DNA of 64,000 nucleotides from the IMG/VR virus record IMGVR_UViG_3300021400_000027, positions 64,001 to 128,000 of that record; one strand, given 5' to 3'. Both the position numbers and the translations under genes were made by a program. The DNA comes from a virus (lineage: Duplodnaviria > Caudoviricetes). Of the stretch, positions 46,420 through 56,116 are shown one piece after another (the first letter of the stretch is position 1; each line of letters starts with the position of its first letter). Below the pieces are notes generated by a model. That model did not search any database, was not told where the DNA came from, and saw only the letters and a program-made list of their open reading frames with translations.

Positions 46420-47125
46420 ATATATAAAAGAAAATGGAATTGAGAATTTTTATGATGTAATGTGTGGCGGCGCAAACATTATTTCGGGGGTTGAATGTAA
46501 TGAACTCTATGCTAATGATTTAAGTCCAACTCTTATTGCACTTCATTAGGCGGCGCAACAAGATTTTTCTTCAATTTGTACCGACAGTTCTCGTGAGCAA
46601 TGGGACAGATGTTATGGGGAGTATAAAAAGTTAAAGTCTGCAAATTTCAAGAAAGAATCTTCAATTCCTCTTGCTGAAATTGGAGCAATTGAATGGTTTG
46701 GAGGATTTTCTGGGCGGGGATTTCCCGGTGGATATGCAGTTTTATCTCAGGGGCGAAACCAGTTTGAAGAGCGTTATAATAACTTAAAAAAGCAATCTCA
46801 ATTACCATCTTACTTAAAAATCCATTTTACTTGTGGGGATTATCGAGATTTAGAGTTTAAACCTAATTCTTTAATCTATTGTGATGGTCCTTATAGGGGA
46901 ACTAAAACTTACGGGATTAGTACAAAATTCGTTTACTCGGATTATTATAAATGGTTAATGAGAACGGCAAAAACTACCCCTATCTTTATAAGTGAACAAG
47001 AACTTCCTCTTGAAATACCAGCTTCAATAATTTGGCAAAAAGGGGTTAAGAGAGACATAGACCCAGCGAAAAATAAAACTGAAAAAATTGAAAAATTATT
47101 TTTCTTAGATTTAAGAGAGGAGTAA
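46361..47125 (+). CDS. DNA adenine methyltransferase, Dam/D12 class (one TAG)
   Basis: YMGGK, DVMCGGA, ANDL, DYRD, IYCDGPY, FISE, EKLF. Confidence 0.85.
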
Positions 47126-47129
47126 GACA

Positions 47130-47831
47130 ATGGACAGATTATTTATTACCGGAGACACTCACGGCACAATTGACATTGAAAAACTGACATATAGGAAATT
47201 CCCTATTCAGAGTGAACTTTATCGTTCTGATGTAATGGTAATACTTGGAGATTCTGCTTTGTGTTGGGATGGTGATGGAACAGATAGATGGTTACAAAAT
47301 TGGTATAAAGAGAAGAAATTTTCAACCCTGTCTGTTCGTGGCAATCATGATAATCCTGACTTAATTGCAAAACTTCCTCTTGAACCTCGTTATGGCGGTA
47401 TGGTCTATTCCATATCTCCCAATGTATGTTACGCCGCCACTGGTGAAATTTATACATTAAGTGGCTTTAAGTGTCTTTGTGTAAATGGGGCAGACTCTCA
47501 CGATATTGCCTTTAGAAAAGAAGGCGAAAGTTGGTGGCGCGGCGAGACAATTACTAAGGAACAATATGAAAAATGTATGAAGAATCTGGAAAAGCATAAT
47601 TTTAAAGTTGACTTTGTTTTTTCTCATACTGGTGGACTTCAAGTCAATGCATTTCTGGGCTTCAATGAGACTCAATCTGATAAATATCTGGATAAAATTT
47701 TAGAACAGCTTACCTATACCTATCACTATTGTGGACATTATCACGTAGACAAATGGGTAAACTCTAAAACCAGAATCCTTTATAATGACATAATTGAATT
47801 AACTAATTGGGAAAATCAATGGAAATTTTGA
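47130..47831 (+). CDS. Metallophosphoesterase
   Basis: GDTHG, LGD, GNHD, SHT, GHYH. Confidence 0.9.
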   Translation: MDRLFITGDTHGTIDIEKLTYRKFPIQSELYRSDVMVILGDSALCWDGDGTDRWLQNWYKEKKFSTLSVRGNHDNPDLIAKLPLEPRYGGMVYSISPNVCYAATGEIYTLSGFKCLCVNGADSHDIAFRKEGESWWRGETITKEQYEKCMKNLEKHNFKVDFVFSHTGGLQVNAFLGFNETQSDKYLDKILEQLTYTYHYCGHYHVDKWVNSKTRILYNDIIELTNWENQWKF

Positions 47832-47882
47832 TTTTCCTTTAATTTTTACTATAATTTTAATAGAAATAAAGGAGTGATTCAA

Positions 47883-48326
47883 ATGGCAGACATTATCTTC
47901 TTTTCAAGTAAAGCTGAAAATTATCAAATGTTTTCCAATTTCTACCCTTGTAAGGTTAAATATAGAGATGAAATTTTTGATTCTTCCGAGGCGGCGTTTC
48001 AAGCCTCAAAATGTTGGGAAAGAGTAGAAGATTTTATTGGAATTTCAGCTTCAGAAAGTAAACAATTGGGAAAACGAGTTAAGTTAAGACCAGATTGGGA
48101 AGAGGTTAAAGACGAGATTATGTATGAGGTTTGTTTGGCAAAATTTTGCCAAAATCCAGACCTTCGTAAAATTCTTCTTTCAACTGGTGAAGCTATACTT
48201 GTCGAAAAGACTAATTGGCATGACCGATATTGGGGTATTTGTACTTGTGGACGCTGTAAAAGTGCTGGACGGAATCAACTTGGAAAAACATTAATGAGAG
48301 TAAGAGAAACTTTAAGGAGGAACTGA
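47883..48326 (+). CDS. NADAR (YbiA-like) family protein
   Basis: FSNFYP, SEAAFQA.K, LRPDWE, KF.QN..L...LL.TG, WG, G.N.LGK.LM.VR. Confidence 0.9.
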   Translation: MADIIFFSSKAENYQMFSNFYPCKVKYRDEIFDSSEAAFQASKCWERVEDFIGISASESKQLGKRVKLRPDWEEVKDEIMYEVCLAKFCQNPDLRKILLSTGEAILVEKTNWHDRYWGICTCGRCKSAGRNQLGKTLMRVRETLRRN

Positions 48327-48509
48327 ATGGTAATTAAATTGTATGGCTACGATAAGGAGAATAAAGAAGTTTATGTTGGCTCATTTACAAGTCAAAACGC
48401 AGCTCAGATAGCAGTTAAAAATCTCAAACTTAAATCCTATTTTTTCTATCGAGAGAAAAATTTTTTTCAGGGAGAGAAAAAATTGTTTAATCCACACGTA
48501 TGCTTGTAA
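48327..48509 (+). CDS. Hypothetical protein
   Basis: RBS AAGGAGG, coupled to previous gene. Confidence 0.6.
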   Translation: MVIKLYGYDKENKEVYVGSFTSQNAAQIAVKNLKLKSYFFYREKNFFQGEKKLFNPHVCL

Positions 48510-48590
48510 AATTTTAGATGTAATGGCAATTGATTCTACCTTAATATGAGGTGGCATAGTCTACCTAATTATATTAATGGAGGGATTTAA

Positions 48591-48791
48591 ATGCCAAATA
48601 ACACAGAAATTACAATTGTTGCTGGACACATTAAGGCTGTTCCAGAAGAAAGACCGGGGAAGACAGACAAAGTTTATACCGTACTTCGTAAACAGGAAAT
48701 GTATGGTTCTGGAGATATTAAAGCTAATCAAACCATGCTTGAAGAATTAAAGGCTGCGGCAGAAAAAGAAGATTCAGGTCTTTCTGGCTAA
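48591..48791 (+). CDS. Hypothetical protein
   Basis: RBS GGAGG, terminator downstream. Confidence 0.65.
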   Translation: MPNNTEITIVAGHIKAVPEERPGKTDKVYTVLRKQEMYGSGDIKANQTMLEELKAAAEKEDSGLSG

Positions 48792-49292
48792 AAAGTCAAG
48801 GTTAAAACCCTTGACTTTTTCTTTAAAGAGGTGAGATTAAGTGAGAAATAGAAATAGAGATATGTTGACACAAATAAGTACAATTGATTTACTTTATAAG
48901 ATTTAGAATAATGTTGAGGGGTGTGTACTAAAAGGATTATGTAATCGAGATTTTGACATTTCTAAGTGTAAAAAGGAAGAGTGTTTTCAATGTTTGTGCG
49001 AATGGTTAAATAAAGAAAGAAATGAACCTCCTAAATAATTGAAAAATTTATATATTCATAGTATAATATTTATAGAAATTGAAAAGGAGTGATGTAAGTG
49101 AGTATAAATGCAATTTGCGTTGGTTGGACATTGTTAATAGTAGCAATTATACTTATTATTAAGTGTTGTTGTTTTTGTTACTCTTCCAATTGGGGCGATA
49201 GTGAACAGGCATGTGCAATGTTTGGGATTATCATTCTTATAGTTGCTCTTTGTTGTATGTTTCTATAATTTATTAAAAGGAGAAGATTATCT

Positions 49293-50153
49293 ATGAATGT
49301 AAAGAAAATTGTTATTGGTTCAGTTACAGGTGCGGTTGCAGTTATTACACTTCTTGCATCTATGACGATTGTGCCGGCTGGGTATTCTGGTGTTGTTGTA
49401 ACAATGGGGAGCGTAAGTAATATTGCGTTGACAGAGGGCTTCCATTTTAAAAAGCCGTATATACAATCAGTATACGACATATCAAATAAGATTCAGGTCT
49501 ATGAAACTCCAGCAGATTCAGTCTCTAAAGACCTTCAAGCAGTTAGCTCTACAATTGCAGTAAACTATCGACTTGCTTCAGCTCAGTCTGCTTATATCTA
49601 TCAGAATGTGGGTATGGATTATCAGACTGTACTTATTGCACCTACAGTTCAGGAATGTATGAAGGCGGCAACCGCAAAATATACAGCAGAGCAGTTAATT
49701 ACTGAACGTGCAGCAGTAGGAGATGCGGTTAAAGAAGGTCTTGACCAGAAGTTAAATCCTTATGGTATTTATATTGAGAAATTTAATATTGTAAATTTTG
49801 ACTTCTCTCATGAGTTTAATGCCGCAATTGAAGCAAAACAGGTTGCAGAGCAGAATTTACTCAAAACTAAAACAGAACAGCAAGAACAGATTACAATTGC
49901 AGAAGCAGAGGCTAAGAAAAAGGTTATTGCTGCCGATGCAGAAGCAGAAGCTACAAGAACTAAGGCTCAGGCGGATGCAGATGCAATTCAAATTAAAGCT
50001 GATGCTCAGGCAGATGCTAACCAGAAAATTGCACAGTCTTTAACTCCAGAAGTTCTTCGGGATAAGGCTATTTCTCAGTGGGATGGTGTCGCACCTAAGA
50101 TTACTGGTAGCTCTGATGATTTTCTGTTCGATATTGGTGAATTAACTGAATAA
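49293..50153 (+). CDS. SPFH/prohibitin (band 7) membrane protein
   Basis: TM helix, VPAG..GV, SKDLQ, FS.EF..AIEAKQVA.Q, AEA repeats, WDG. Confidence 0.92.
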   Translation: MNVKKIVIGSVTGAVAVITLLASMTIVPAGYSGVVVTMGSVSNIALTEGFHFKKPYIQSVYDISNKIQVYETPADSVSKDLQAVSSTIAVNYRLASAQSAYIYQNVGMDYQTVLIAPTVQECMKAATAKYTAEQLITERAAVGDAVKEGLDQKLNPYGIYIEKFNIVNFDFSHEFNAAIEAKQVAEQNLLKTKTEQQEQITIAEAEAKKKVIAADAEAEATRTKAQADADAIQIKADAQADANQKIAQSLTPEVLRDKAISQWDGVAPKITGSSDDFLFDIGELTE

Positions 50154-50269
50154 GATAAAAGTGCCGTCATACCAATTTGTGTATGGCGGCACAACGCTTT
50201 TAAAAATTTGAATAAAAAAATTTTTTTTGATATAATATATATAGAAATTCTGAAAGAGAGGAAAAAGTT

Positions 50270-51166
50270 ATGACTACTTTTTATATGACTATTGGTCTCC
50301 CCGGGAGCGGAAAAGATTACTTAATTGAACATAATTATTCCGATTGTGTTCATATTTCTTCTGATGCTATTCGTGAAGAAGTATTTGGAGATGTGAATGA
50401 CCAGACTCATAATGTTCAAGTTTTTAACATTATGAAAAAGAGAACTATTGAAGCTTTAAAAGAGGGGAAAGATTGTATTTATAATGCAACTAATCTTTCC
50501 GCCAAAAAGAGAATTGCTTTCCTTAAAGAATTGGAAAGATTTCCTGATGTAAGAAAAGTTGCAGTTCTTAATGTTGTTCCGCCGGCAGTCGTTCTTCAGC
50601 GTAATGCTTCAAGAGAGCGTCATGTTCCTGAAAATGTTATCATAAGAATGTTAAAATCTTTTGAAGTACCTCATTATTCTGAAGGTTGGGATTTCATTCA
50701 AGTCTATGGATTTGATGGAAACTCTTCTTTTCTTGAAGATGAACTTCGGAAATTAGTAGGCGTATCTCATGATAATCCTCATCATGAATATTCTGTAGGT
50801 AATCATATGCTTGCCGCAGAATCGCATTATTTAGCAAAAACTACTGCACCTCGGCTTGATTTAATTCTTGCTTGTCGTTATCATGATATTGGAAAAGGTT
50901 TCTGCAAAACTTTTACTAACACAAAGGGCGAATCAACAAAAGACGCTCATTACTACAATCATGAAAATGTAGGGGCATATCTGTTTTTAGCTCATTCTCC
51001 AGTTGACAAAGGCAGACTTATGTATCTGAATATTGCTAACTTAATTAATCATCATATGGATTACTTTAAAGGGGAGAAATATTTAGAAAAAATTGCTACT
51101 CGTTTCGGCTCTGATTTCATGGATGAATTAGCCATAATTCATAATGCGGATATAAATGCTCATTAA
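50270..51166 (+). CDS. Polynucleotide kinase (AAA_33) plus HD-domain protein
   Basis: GLPGSGK, SSD.IR, YNATN; H...HM, HDIGK, HEN, HM, HNAD. Confidence 0.85.
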   Translation: MTTFYMTIGLPGSGKDYLIEHNYSDCVHISSDAIREEVFGDVNDQTHNVQVFNIMKKRTIEALKEGKDCIYNATNLSAKKRIAFLKELERFPDVRKVAVLNVVPPAVVLQRNASRERHVPENVIIRMLKSFEVPHYSEGWDFIQVYGFDGNSSFLEDELRKLVGVSHDNPHHEYSVGNHMLAAESHYLAKTTAPRLDLILACRYHDIGKGFCKTFTNTKGESTKDAHYYNHENVGAYLFLAHSPVDKGRLMYLNIANLINHHMDYFKGEKYLEKIATRFGSDFMDELAIIHNADINAH

Positions 51167-51262
51167 CTAAAAAATTAGAGGAATTAAATTAAAACTGTAC
51201 TTTCCATGTAGAGAGGATACCGTTGCGGTATCCTTTAATTTTTATATAAAGGAGGTTTTGTA

Positions 51263-51934
51263 ATGCCAAATGCAGATTTAGTTTACAATGCTGATTTAAG
51301 CACTGAGCCTGTTGTAGTAGAAAACGGTTGTAACTGTAATTGTGGATGTCATGGTATCTACTGGATGCCGCCACCTCCACCACCAGATTACCCTGACACA
51401 CCACCTACTCCACCGGAAGGAATTAAACCACCGCCACCGCCACCCTTCCCATTCCCTTGGGGCTGGCCTTATCCTTTTTATCCACCTTTCTTCCCACCGC
51501 CACCACCACCACCTAAGCCAGATGATGGAGGCGGAGATAATCCTGATAATCCGGGTCCGCCTAAGCCAGACGACCCAGACAATCCTAAGCCACCAAGCCA
51601 AGACGAAATTCAGGAGATTGAAAAGCAGATTTAGGCTCTTACTAAGAAACTCGCTACTATTAAGTGTATGATTAAGTGCATCAGCGAAAAGAAAAAGGAC
51701 GTAATTATTAAAACAGATTGTTGCAGTTATAACTTCGGTAATATTGATACTGCCGTTGATGGCTGGGATGACGTATCTTATGCACAGACAGTTCTTCGTA
51801 TCCTGTATAAGGAAAAATCTTTAATTAGTGAAAAAATTAGAGAACTTGCTGAAAAGATTAGCGAAGATGTAAGTGTTGACGGCACAACTGTATGTGCTTG
51901 TGATAATGAAACTTGCGATTGTAATGATGATTAA
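51263..51934 (+). CDS. Pro/Cys-rich hypothetical protein (one TAG)
   Basis: Track ORFs 51263 and 51668 in frame across TAG 51632; poly-Pro tracts. Confidence 0.75.
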
Positions 51935-52025
51935 TTTAAAATAAAGTCAAAGCAAAAAATGCTTTGACTTTTCTTTTTATTTTTAGTATAATTTTATTAA
52001 AGAAAATTTAAAGGAGGAAAATAAA

Positions 52026-52694
52026 ATGTACAATGTTCAGAAGAACCTTACCTATTTTGTAGTAAATAGAAGTTCTGGAAGAACAACTGAAATGACCAGA
52101 GATGAACTGGTTGTATGGGTAGCTCATTTGCTTAAAAATACCCGTGCCGGCGTGGATAATCCGTTTAGGGATATTGACTTTAGCGGAAATGACAAAGTTC
52201 TGGTAACTAAGACGACTCAAACTTGGAGATACAGACCTCGCTTTGTTGATGGTGAGGTTAAACTTGTAGAATGTTGGGGTCTGGATACCGTTTCTTCTTA
52301 TGAATCTCGCTCTACTATTGTTCTTGATTCTACTGGTAGAATTGTTGATGTAAGAGATTTTGTTGATGAAGCTAAAAAAGTTAATGTTTTTTCTTGTAAA
52401 AAGGAAAAAAGAAGAACTTTTAAAGCTGGTGCTCTTCTTTTAGTTTATCACTGGCTTGGCAGTAAGAAAGAAACCTTTAAATTTAGACAGAGTGCAGTTC
52501 CTTTTGTTCATAAGCATGGTGGGAACTATACTCCCAAAACTCATAGACTCCAGAATTATAAGAATGCTGAAAATCTGAGACCTAAGAATAGAGTTAGTAT
52601 GGATGACATGTGGGATTTTCCTTATCGTCATACTGATAGAAGTTGGAAGTCCAGTTGTAAGAAAAGACATCAGTGGGAAAAGCACTTAAAGTGA
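52026..52694 (+). CDS. Basic hypothetical protein
   Basis: Promoter and RBS; C-terminal RSWK...K.RHQW. Confidence 0.8.
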   Translation: MYNVQKNLTYFVVNRSSGRTTEMTRDELVVWVAHLLKNTRAGVDNPFRDIDFSGNDKVLVTKTTQTWRYRPRFVDGEVKLVECWGLDTVSSYESRSTIVLDSTGRIVDVRDFVDEAKKVNVFSCKKEKRRTFKAGALLLVYHWLGSKKETFKFRQSAVPFVHKHGGNYTPKTHRLQNYKNAENLRPKNRVSMDDMWDFPYRHTDRSWKSSCKKRHQWEKHLK

Positions 52695-52810
52695 GACGTT
52701 TCGCCGCCATGCCATTGTCCGGCGTGGTGGTATTTTTGTATCTAAGGGGATTTTTATACATTTATATATTATCTATTTATATATTTCTCTATTAAATTTA
52801 TTCCTATCAA

Positions 52811-52925
52811 ACGGTAAAATCATTCCAAAGTGCGGAATAAATTTAGTAGATAGAACGGTAAATTTATTCCACGGAAATTCTATTCCACTCGGTAAATTTA
52901 TTCCGCCAAACGGAAAGAGAATACC
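52811..52925. repeat. Iteron-like repeats (A)CGG(T/A)AAATTTATTCC, about 6 copies, one inverted; candidate origin
   Basis: Copies at 52811, 52833 (inverted), 52855, 52871, 52890, 52910; AT-rich tract at 52750-52800. Confidence 0.65.
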
Positions 52926-53053
52926 AGATTTTTAGAAAAATTTTTCCATGTTATTACCTATTAATGCGTCCCGGCGCAACACAATAAAAAATTTGATTTT
53001 TATAGAATTTTATACTATAATAAATATAGAAAATTTGAAAAGGAGTTGAGTAT

Positions 53054-53815
53054 ATGCCACCTATGCATTTTAAAGACGATAGCTGGAATTTTTGGGTTAT
53101 GTATAGACGACTTGAAAATCAGTTTAAAGAGCATAAGACTTTAATAATTGCTTATGACCTTGATGACACTGTTCGTCCTTATCGCTCCTCAACTTGTGAG
53201 GAAACTATTAAGGTAATTAAGCGTTGTAATGAATTACTTCACCCTATTTTCATTGTCTATACTGCAAATCCAGACCTTAAACAGGCGAAGGTAGACCTTG
53301 AAAAATTAGGCTTGCCATATCATGCAATTAACGATTATCCGCAGGGTACAATGCCCTATCAGTTTTGGAAAGCAAAACAGGATAATCCTACAATGAAACT
53401 TTATTATAACGTACTACTTGATGATAAAAGTTTTGGCTTACGAGATAGTTGTCGTGCCCTCGGTATTCTTTGTAATAAAGTTGAAAGTGCTTTCGGTACT
53501 GGAGGGGAGTTTGATACTGCCTATCTTTATCATGACAAGAAACCTTCTGAAGATTTTGTATTCTATCATATTTATGACGGCGTACCGGCAGATACAACTT
53601 ATATAGACTTAAATCAAGATTGTGGTTCTCCAATTGAGTTCGGTGAATCTATTCATGATGAAGAAGATTTAAAAGAATTTATTTATGAATGGCTTGAAGA
53701 GAATGACATTGATAAAGATAAAGTCTATACTTTTGTTGTTCAAATTGCTGTACCAGATGGGTATGGAGATTATGATTACTACGATTTGTCTACAACTGGA
53801 CGGTTTAAAAATTGA
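53054..53815 (+). CDS. HAD-superfamily-like protein
   Basis: IAYDLDDTV, VYTA, K.YYNVLLDDK. Confidence 0.75.
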   Translation: MPPMHFKDDSWNFWVMYRRLENQFKEHKTLIIAYDLDDTVRPYRSSTCEETIKVIKRCNELLHPIFIVYTANPDLKQAKVDLEKLGLPYHAINDYPQGTMPYQFWKAKQDNPTMKLYYNVLLDDKSFGLRDSCRALGILCNKVESAFGTGGEFDTAYLYHDKKPSEDFVFYHIYDGVPADTTYIDLNQDCGSPIEFGESIHDEEDLKEFIYEWLEENDIDKDKVYTFVVQIAVPDGYGDYDYYDLSTTGRFKN

Positions 53816-53872
53816 CTTTTAATAAAATTTAAAGTATAATTTTTATAAAGAAAAGTTAAGGAGATGAATTGA

Positions 53873-54289
53873 ATGAGTGTACCTAAGATTACTTTAAAAC
53901 AGGCTGAAAAGGCTGTTAAGAAGAATCACTTTAAAATCTCTGAATCTGGCTATTCTAAAAAGTATGTTAAAAAAGCAGATAAATTTGAACGTAAGCACGG
54001 TTTTCGTTATGAAGATGCATGGAATCTTGACCATGCTATTGCTTGCTTTATTCTGCCTCGACTTGTTCAACTTCGGGACACCCAACATGGATACCCTGCT
54101 TATTTTGAGCATAATTACCCTACAGAAGAGGAAGCCGTTGCCGCATGGGATGATGTTCTTAATGAAATGATTTATGGCTTCTACATTTATGTTACTAAAG
54201 ATGGAATTTTTTGGGAAGATGAGGATAAGATTGCTTGGAATAGAGCTAAAAGTTGGCTGTGCCGTTACTTTTCTTCCTTATGGGATTGA
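53873..54289 (+). CDS. Hypothetical phage protein
   Basis: Promoter and RBS; WNLD...ILPRL...GYP...W...L.EMI.GF...LWD. Confidence 0.8.
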   Translation: MSVPKITLKQAEKAVKKNHFKISESGYSKKYVKKADKFERKHGFRYEDAWNLDHAIACFILPRLVQLRDTQHGYPAYFEHNYPTEEEAVAAWDDVLNEMIYGFYIYVTKDGIFWEDEDKIAWNRAKSWLCRYFSSLWD

Positions 54290-54298
54290 GGTGAGATT

Positions 54299-54550
54299 AT
54301 GAGATTAAAAATAACGAAGGTCGAAAAAGTTGTAGACGAGGGTGGAAAAGAACACTTAATAGTACTCGATTCCAACTGGTTTACGATTAGTAACAAAGAT
54401 TTACGAGAATCTTTAGCTAATCCATCTACTCGTGTCGAATTTTGTAGTGCCGCACCCACACGTTTTCAGCTTAATACTCTCTATGTTCGTGCTGATAGAA
54501 AGGCGGCATGGGCATATGTGTTGAAAGAGGAGGAGAATAGTGATGGATGA
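54299..54550 (+). CDS. Hypothetical protein
   Basis: RBS GAGGTG. Confidence 0.65.
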   Translation: MRLKITKVEKVVDEGGKEHLIVLDSNWFTISNKDLRESLANPSTRVEFCSAAPTRFQLNTLYVRADRKAAWAYVLKEEENSDG

Positions 54551-54695
54551 AAAGGAATATGAGAACATTTGTTAGAATTGCGGTACTGCTTTTCTGACAG
54601 ATGACGAAGACGAAGCCTATTGCCCCTCATGCTGGTCTAAGGTAATAAACCTTGAAAATGAGGGAAGCGGCGAAACAATTGAAAATTTGAATTAA
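54543..54695 (+). CDS. Small zinc-ribbon protein (one TAG)
   Basis: C(TAG)NCG...YCPSC; RBS GGAGGAG. Confidence 0.6.
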
Positions 54696-54739
54696 AATAA
54701 AATTTATGATATAATTTTTATACAATCTGAAAAGGAGAG

Positions 54740-55042
54740 ATGAGTATGAAGGTTTATGTAGCAGTTCGTTATGAAGATTTTGATTGTCCTGAAGTTAAAG
54801 GCTTTAGTACTTTGGAAAAGGCTCAGAAACAGCTTTATGTCTGGGGCGGACAGCGACTCTTTGATGCATTTCATCGTGCCGGCGTAACAATTGAGGAAGC
54901 TGATGAGAAAGAATTTCTTGCAAAAGATATTATGGGTTCTTGGGTTGAATATGACAAAGACGGCGGAATCGAATCTGTTTGCTGGGGTAGTGAAGGTGAA
55001 AACAAAACAGAATGTTGGATTGAAGAAGTTGAAATTGAATAA
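54740..55042 (+). CDS. Hypothetical protein
   Basis: Promoter and RBS AAGGAG. Confidence 0.7.
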   Translation: MSMKVYVAVRYEDFDCPEVKGFSTLEKAQKQLYVWGGQRLFDAFHRAGVTIEEADEKEFLAKDIMGSWVEYDKDGGIESVCWGSEGENKTECWIEEVEIE

Positions 55043-55117
55043 AACATAAGCACTTAAAAATTTGATTTCTTTTTAAAAATAAAGTATAATATATATACAA
55101 TTTAAAAAGAAAGTATA

Positions 55118-55186
55118 AAGACAGTTCAGCAACTCTTAAAAAAACATTAGCTTTTGGGGACTAATTAGTTTAAACGAAACTGTCTT
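55118..55186 (+). ncRNA. CAGCAA-stem RNA copy 1 (anticodon-loop-like cargo)
   Basis: AAGACAGTT-CAGCAA...AACTGTCTT; inner ATTAG/CTAAT hairpin with TTTGGGG loop. Confidence 0.7.
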
Positions 55187-55193
55187 GTTATTT

Positions 55194-55267
55194 GCGTCTG
55201 TAGCTCAGATGGTTAGAGCATCGCTCTTTTAAAGCGAGGGTCATGCGTTCAAATCGCATCAGACGCA
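55194..55267 (+). tRNA. tRNA-Lys(TTT)
   Basis: Cloverleaf; TCGCT-CTTTTAA-AGCGA. Confidence 0.9.
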
Positions 55268-55271
55268 CTAT

Positions 55272-55340
55272 GGAGATGCAGCAGGATATTTATTTATAAA
55301 TTTGAATCTGCATGAGGGTCAAATCCTTCCATCTCCACCA
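55272..55340 (+). ncRNA. D-armless tRNA-like RNA ending in ACCA
   Basis: GGAGATG/CATCTCC-ACCA acceptor, T-like arm, one central hairpin. Confidence 0.55.
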
Positions 55341-55407
55341 TTTAAAAAATTGACTTTTAATTAAAAATTGTATATAATATATATACAATTTAAAAAGAAA
55401 TTTAAAT

Positions 55408-55478
55408 TGCCCGTTCGTCTAAAGGTAGGACAGCAGTTTTTGGCACTGCTGATAGGAGTTCGATTCTCTTACGGGCAA
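55408..55478 (+). tRNA. tRNA-Gln(TTG)
   Basis: U1-A72 acceptor; GCAGT-TTTTGGC-ACTGC. Confidence 0.9.
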
Positions 55479-55486
55479 TCATAAAT

Positions 55487-55561
55487 GCAGGGAGAGCTTA
55501 TTAGGTACAAGCACTCGCCTTATAAGCGAGAGATAGTCGGGTTCAAATCCCACGCCCTGTA
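55487..55561 (+). tRNA. tRNA-Ile(TAT), imperfect stems
   Basis: CTCGC-CTTATAA-GCGAG; bulged T stem. Confidence 0.7.
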
Positions 55562-55563
55562 TA

Positions 55564-55634
55564 AAGACAGTTCAGCAACTCTTTTTAAGAACATTAGTAT
55601 TTGGGAACTGATTAGTTTAAAATGAAACTGTCTT
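55564..55634 (+). ncRNA. CAGCAA-stem RNA copy 2 (Pro-type TTTGGGA loop cargo)
   Basis: Near-duplicate of copy 1. Confidence 0.7.
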
Positions 55635-55641
55635 GTTATTT

Positions 55642-55714
55642 GCTCCCATAGCTTAGTTGGTAAAGCATCACACTTTTAATGTGAGGAGCGAGAGTTCGAG
55701 TCTCTCTGGGGGCA
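55642..55714 (+). tRNA. tRNA-Lys(TTT)
   Basis: TCACA-CTTTTAA-TGTGA. Confidence 0.9.
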
Positions 55715-55718
55715 TTAT

Positions 55719-55806
55719 GGAGATGTGGCAGAGTTGGTCGAATGCGGCACACTGCTAATGTGTTTGTCATTAAGTTGGCACGAAGGTTCGAATCCTTTCA
55801 TCTCCG
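55719..55806 (+). tRNA. tRNA-Ser(GCT)
   Basis: GCACA-CTGCTAA-TGTGT, long variable arm, G73. Confidence 0.9.
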
Positions 55807-55882
55807 TCAATTAAAAAATTGACTTTTAATTAAAAATTATGTATAATATATATACAATTTGATTTAAAAGTCAAATATAAAC

Positions 55883-55956
55883 TGCCCTGTGGACAAGTGG
55901 CTTAAGTTGGGAGTCTCTAAAACTCTAAGACCTCCGTTCGAATCGGAGCAGGGCAA
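55883..55956 (+). tRNA. Amber suppressor tRNA (CTA anticodon), Gln-type acceptor
   Basis: GGAGT-CTCTAAA-ACTCT with anticodon at 55917-55919; TGCCCTG/CAGGGCA acceptor like tRNA-Gln; own promoter at 55819-55847. Confidence 0.9.
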
Positions 55957-55963
55957 TCGAACT

Positions 55964-56018
55964 AAGACGGTTCAGCAACTCTATTTATTTGATATGTGGC
56001 TTCAAATTTCTCCGTCTT
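55964..56018 (+). ncRNA. CAGCAA-stem RNA copy 3 (His-type TGTGGC loop cargo)
   Basis: AAGACGG-TT-CAGCAA...CCGTCTT; inner TTTGA/TCAAA hairpin. Confidence 0.7.
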
Positions 56019-56116
56019 GAAAGTTCAAATCAATTAAAAATTTGAAATTTCTTTTAAAATTTGCTATAATATTTATAGTAAATGAGAAAGAAAGCCAAAT
56101 TGAAAGGAGCAAGCCT

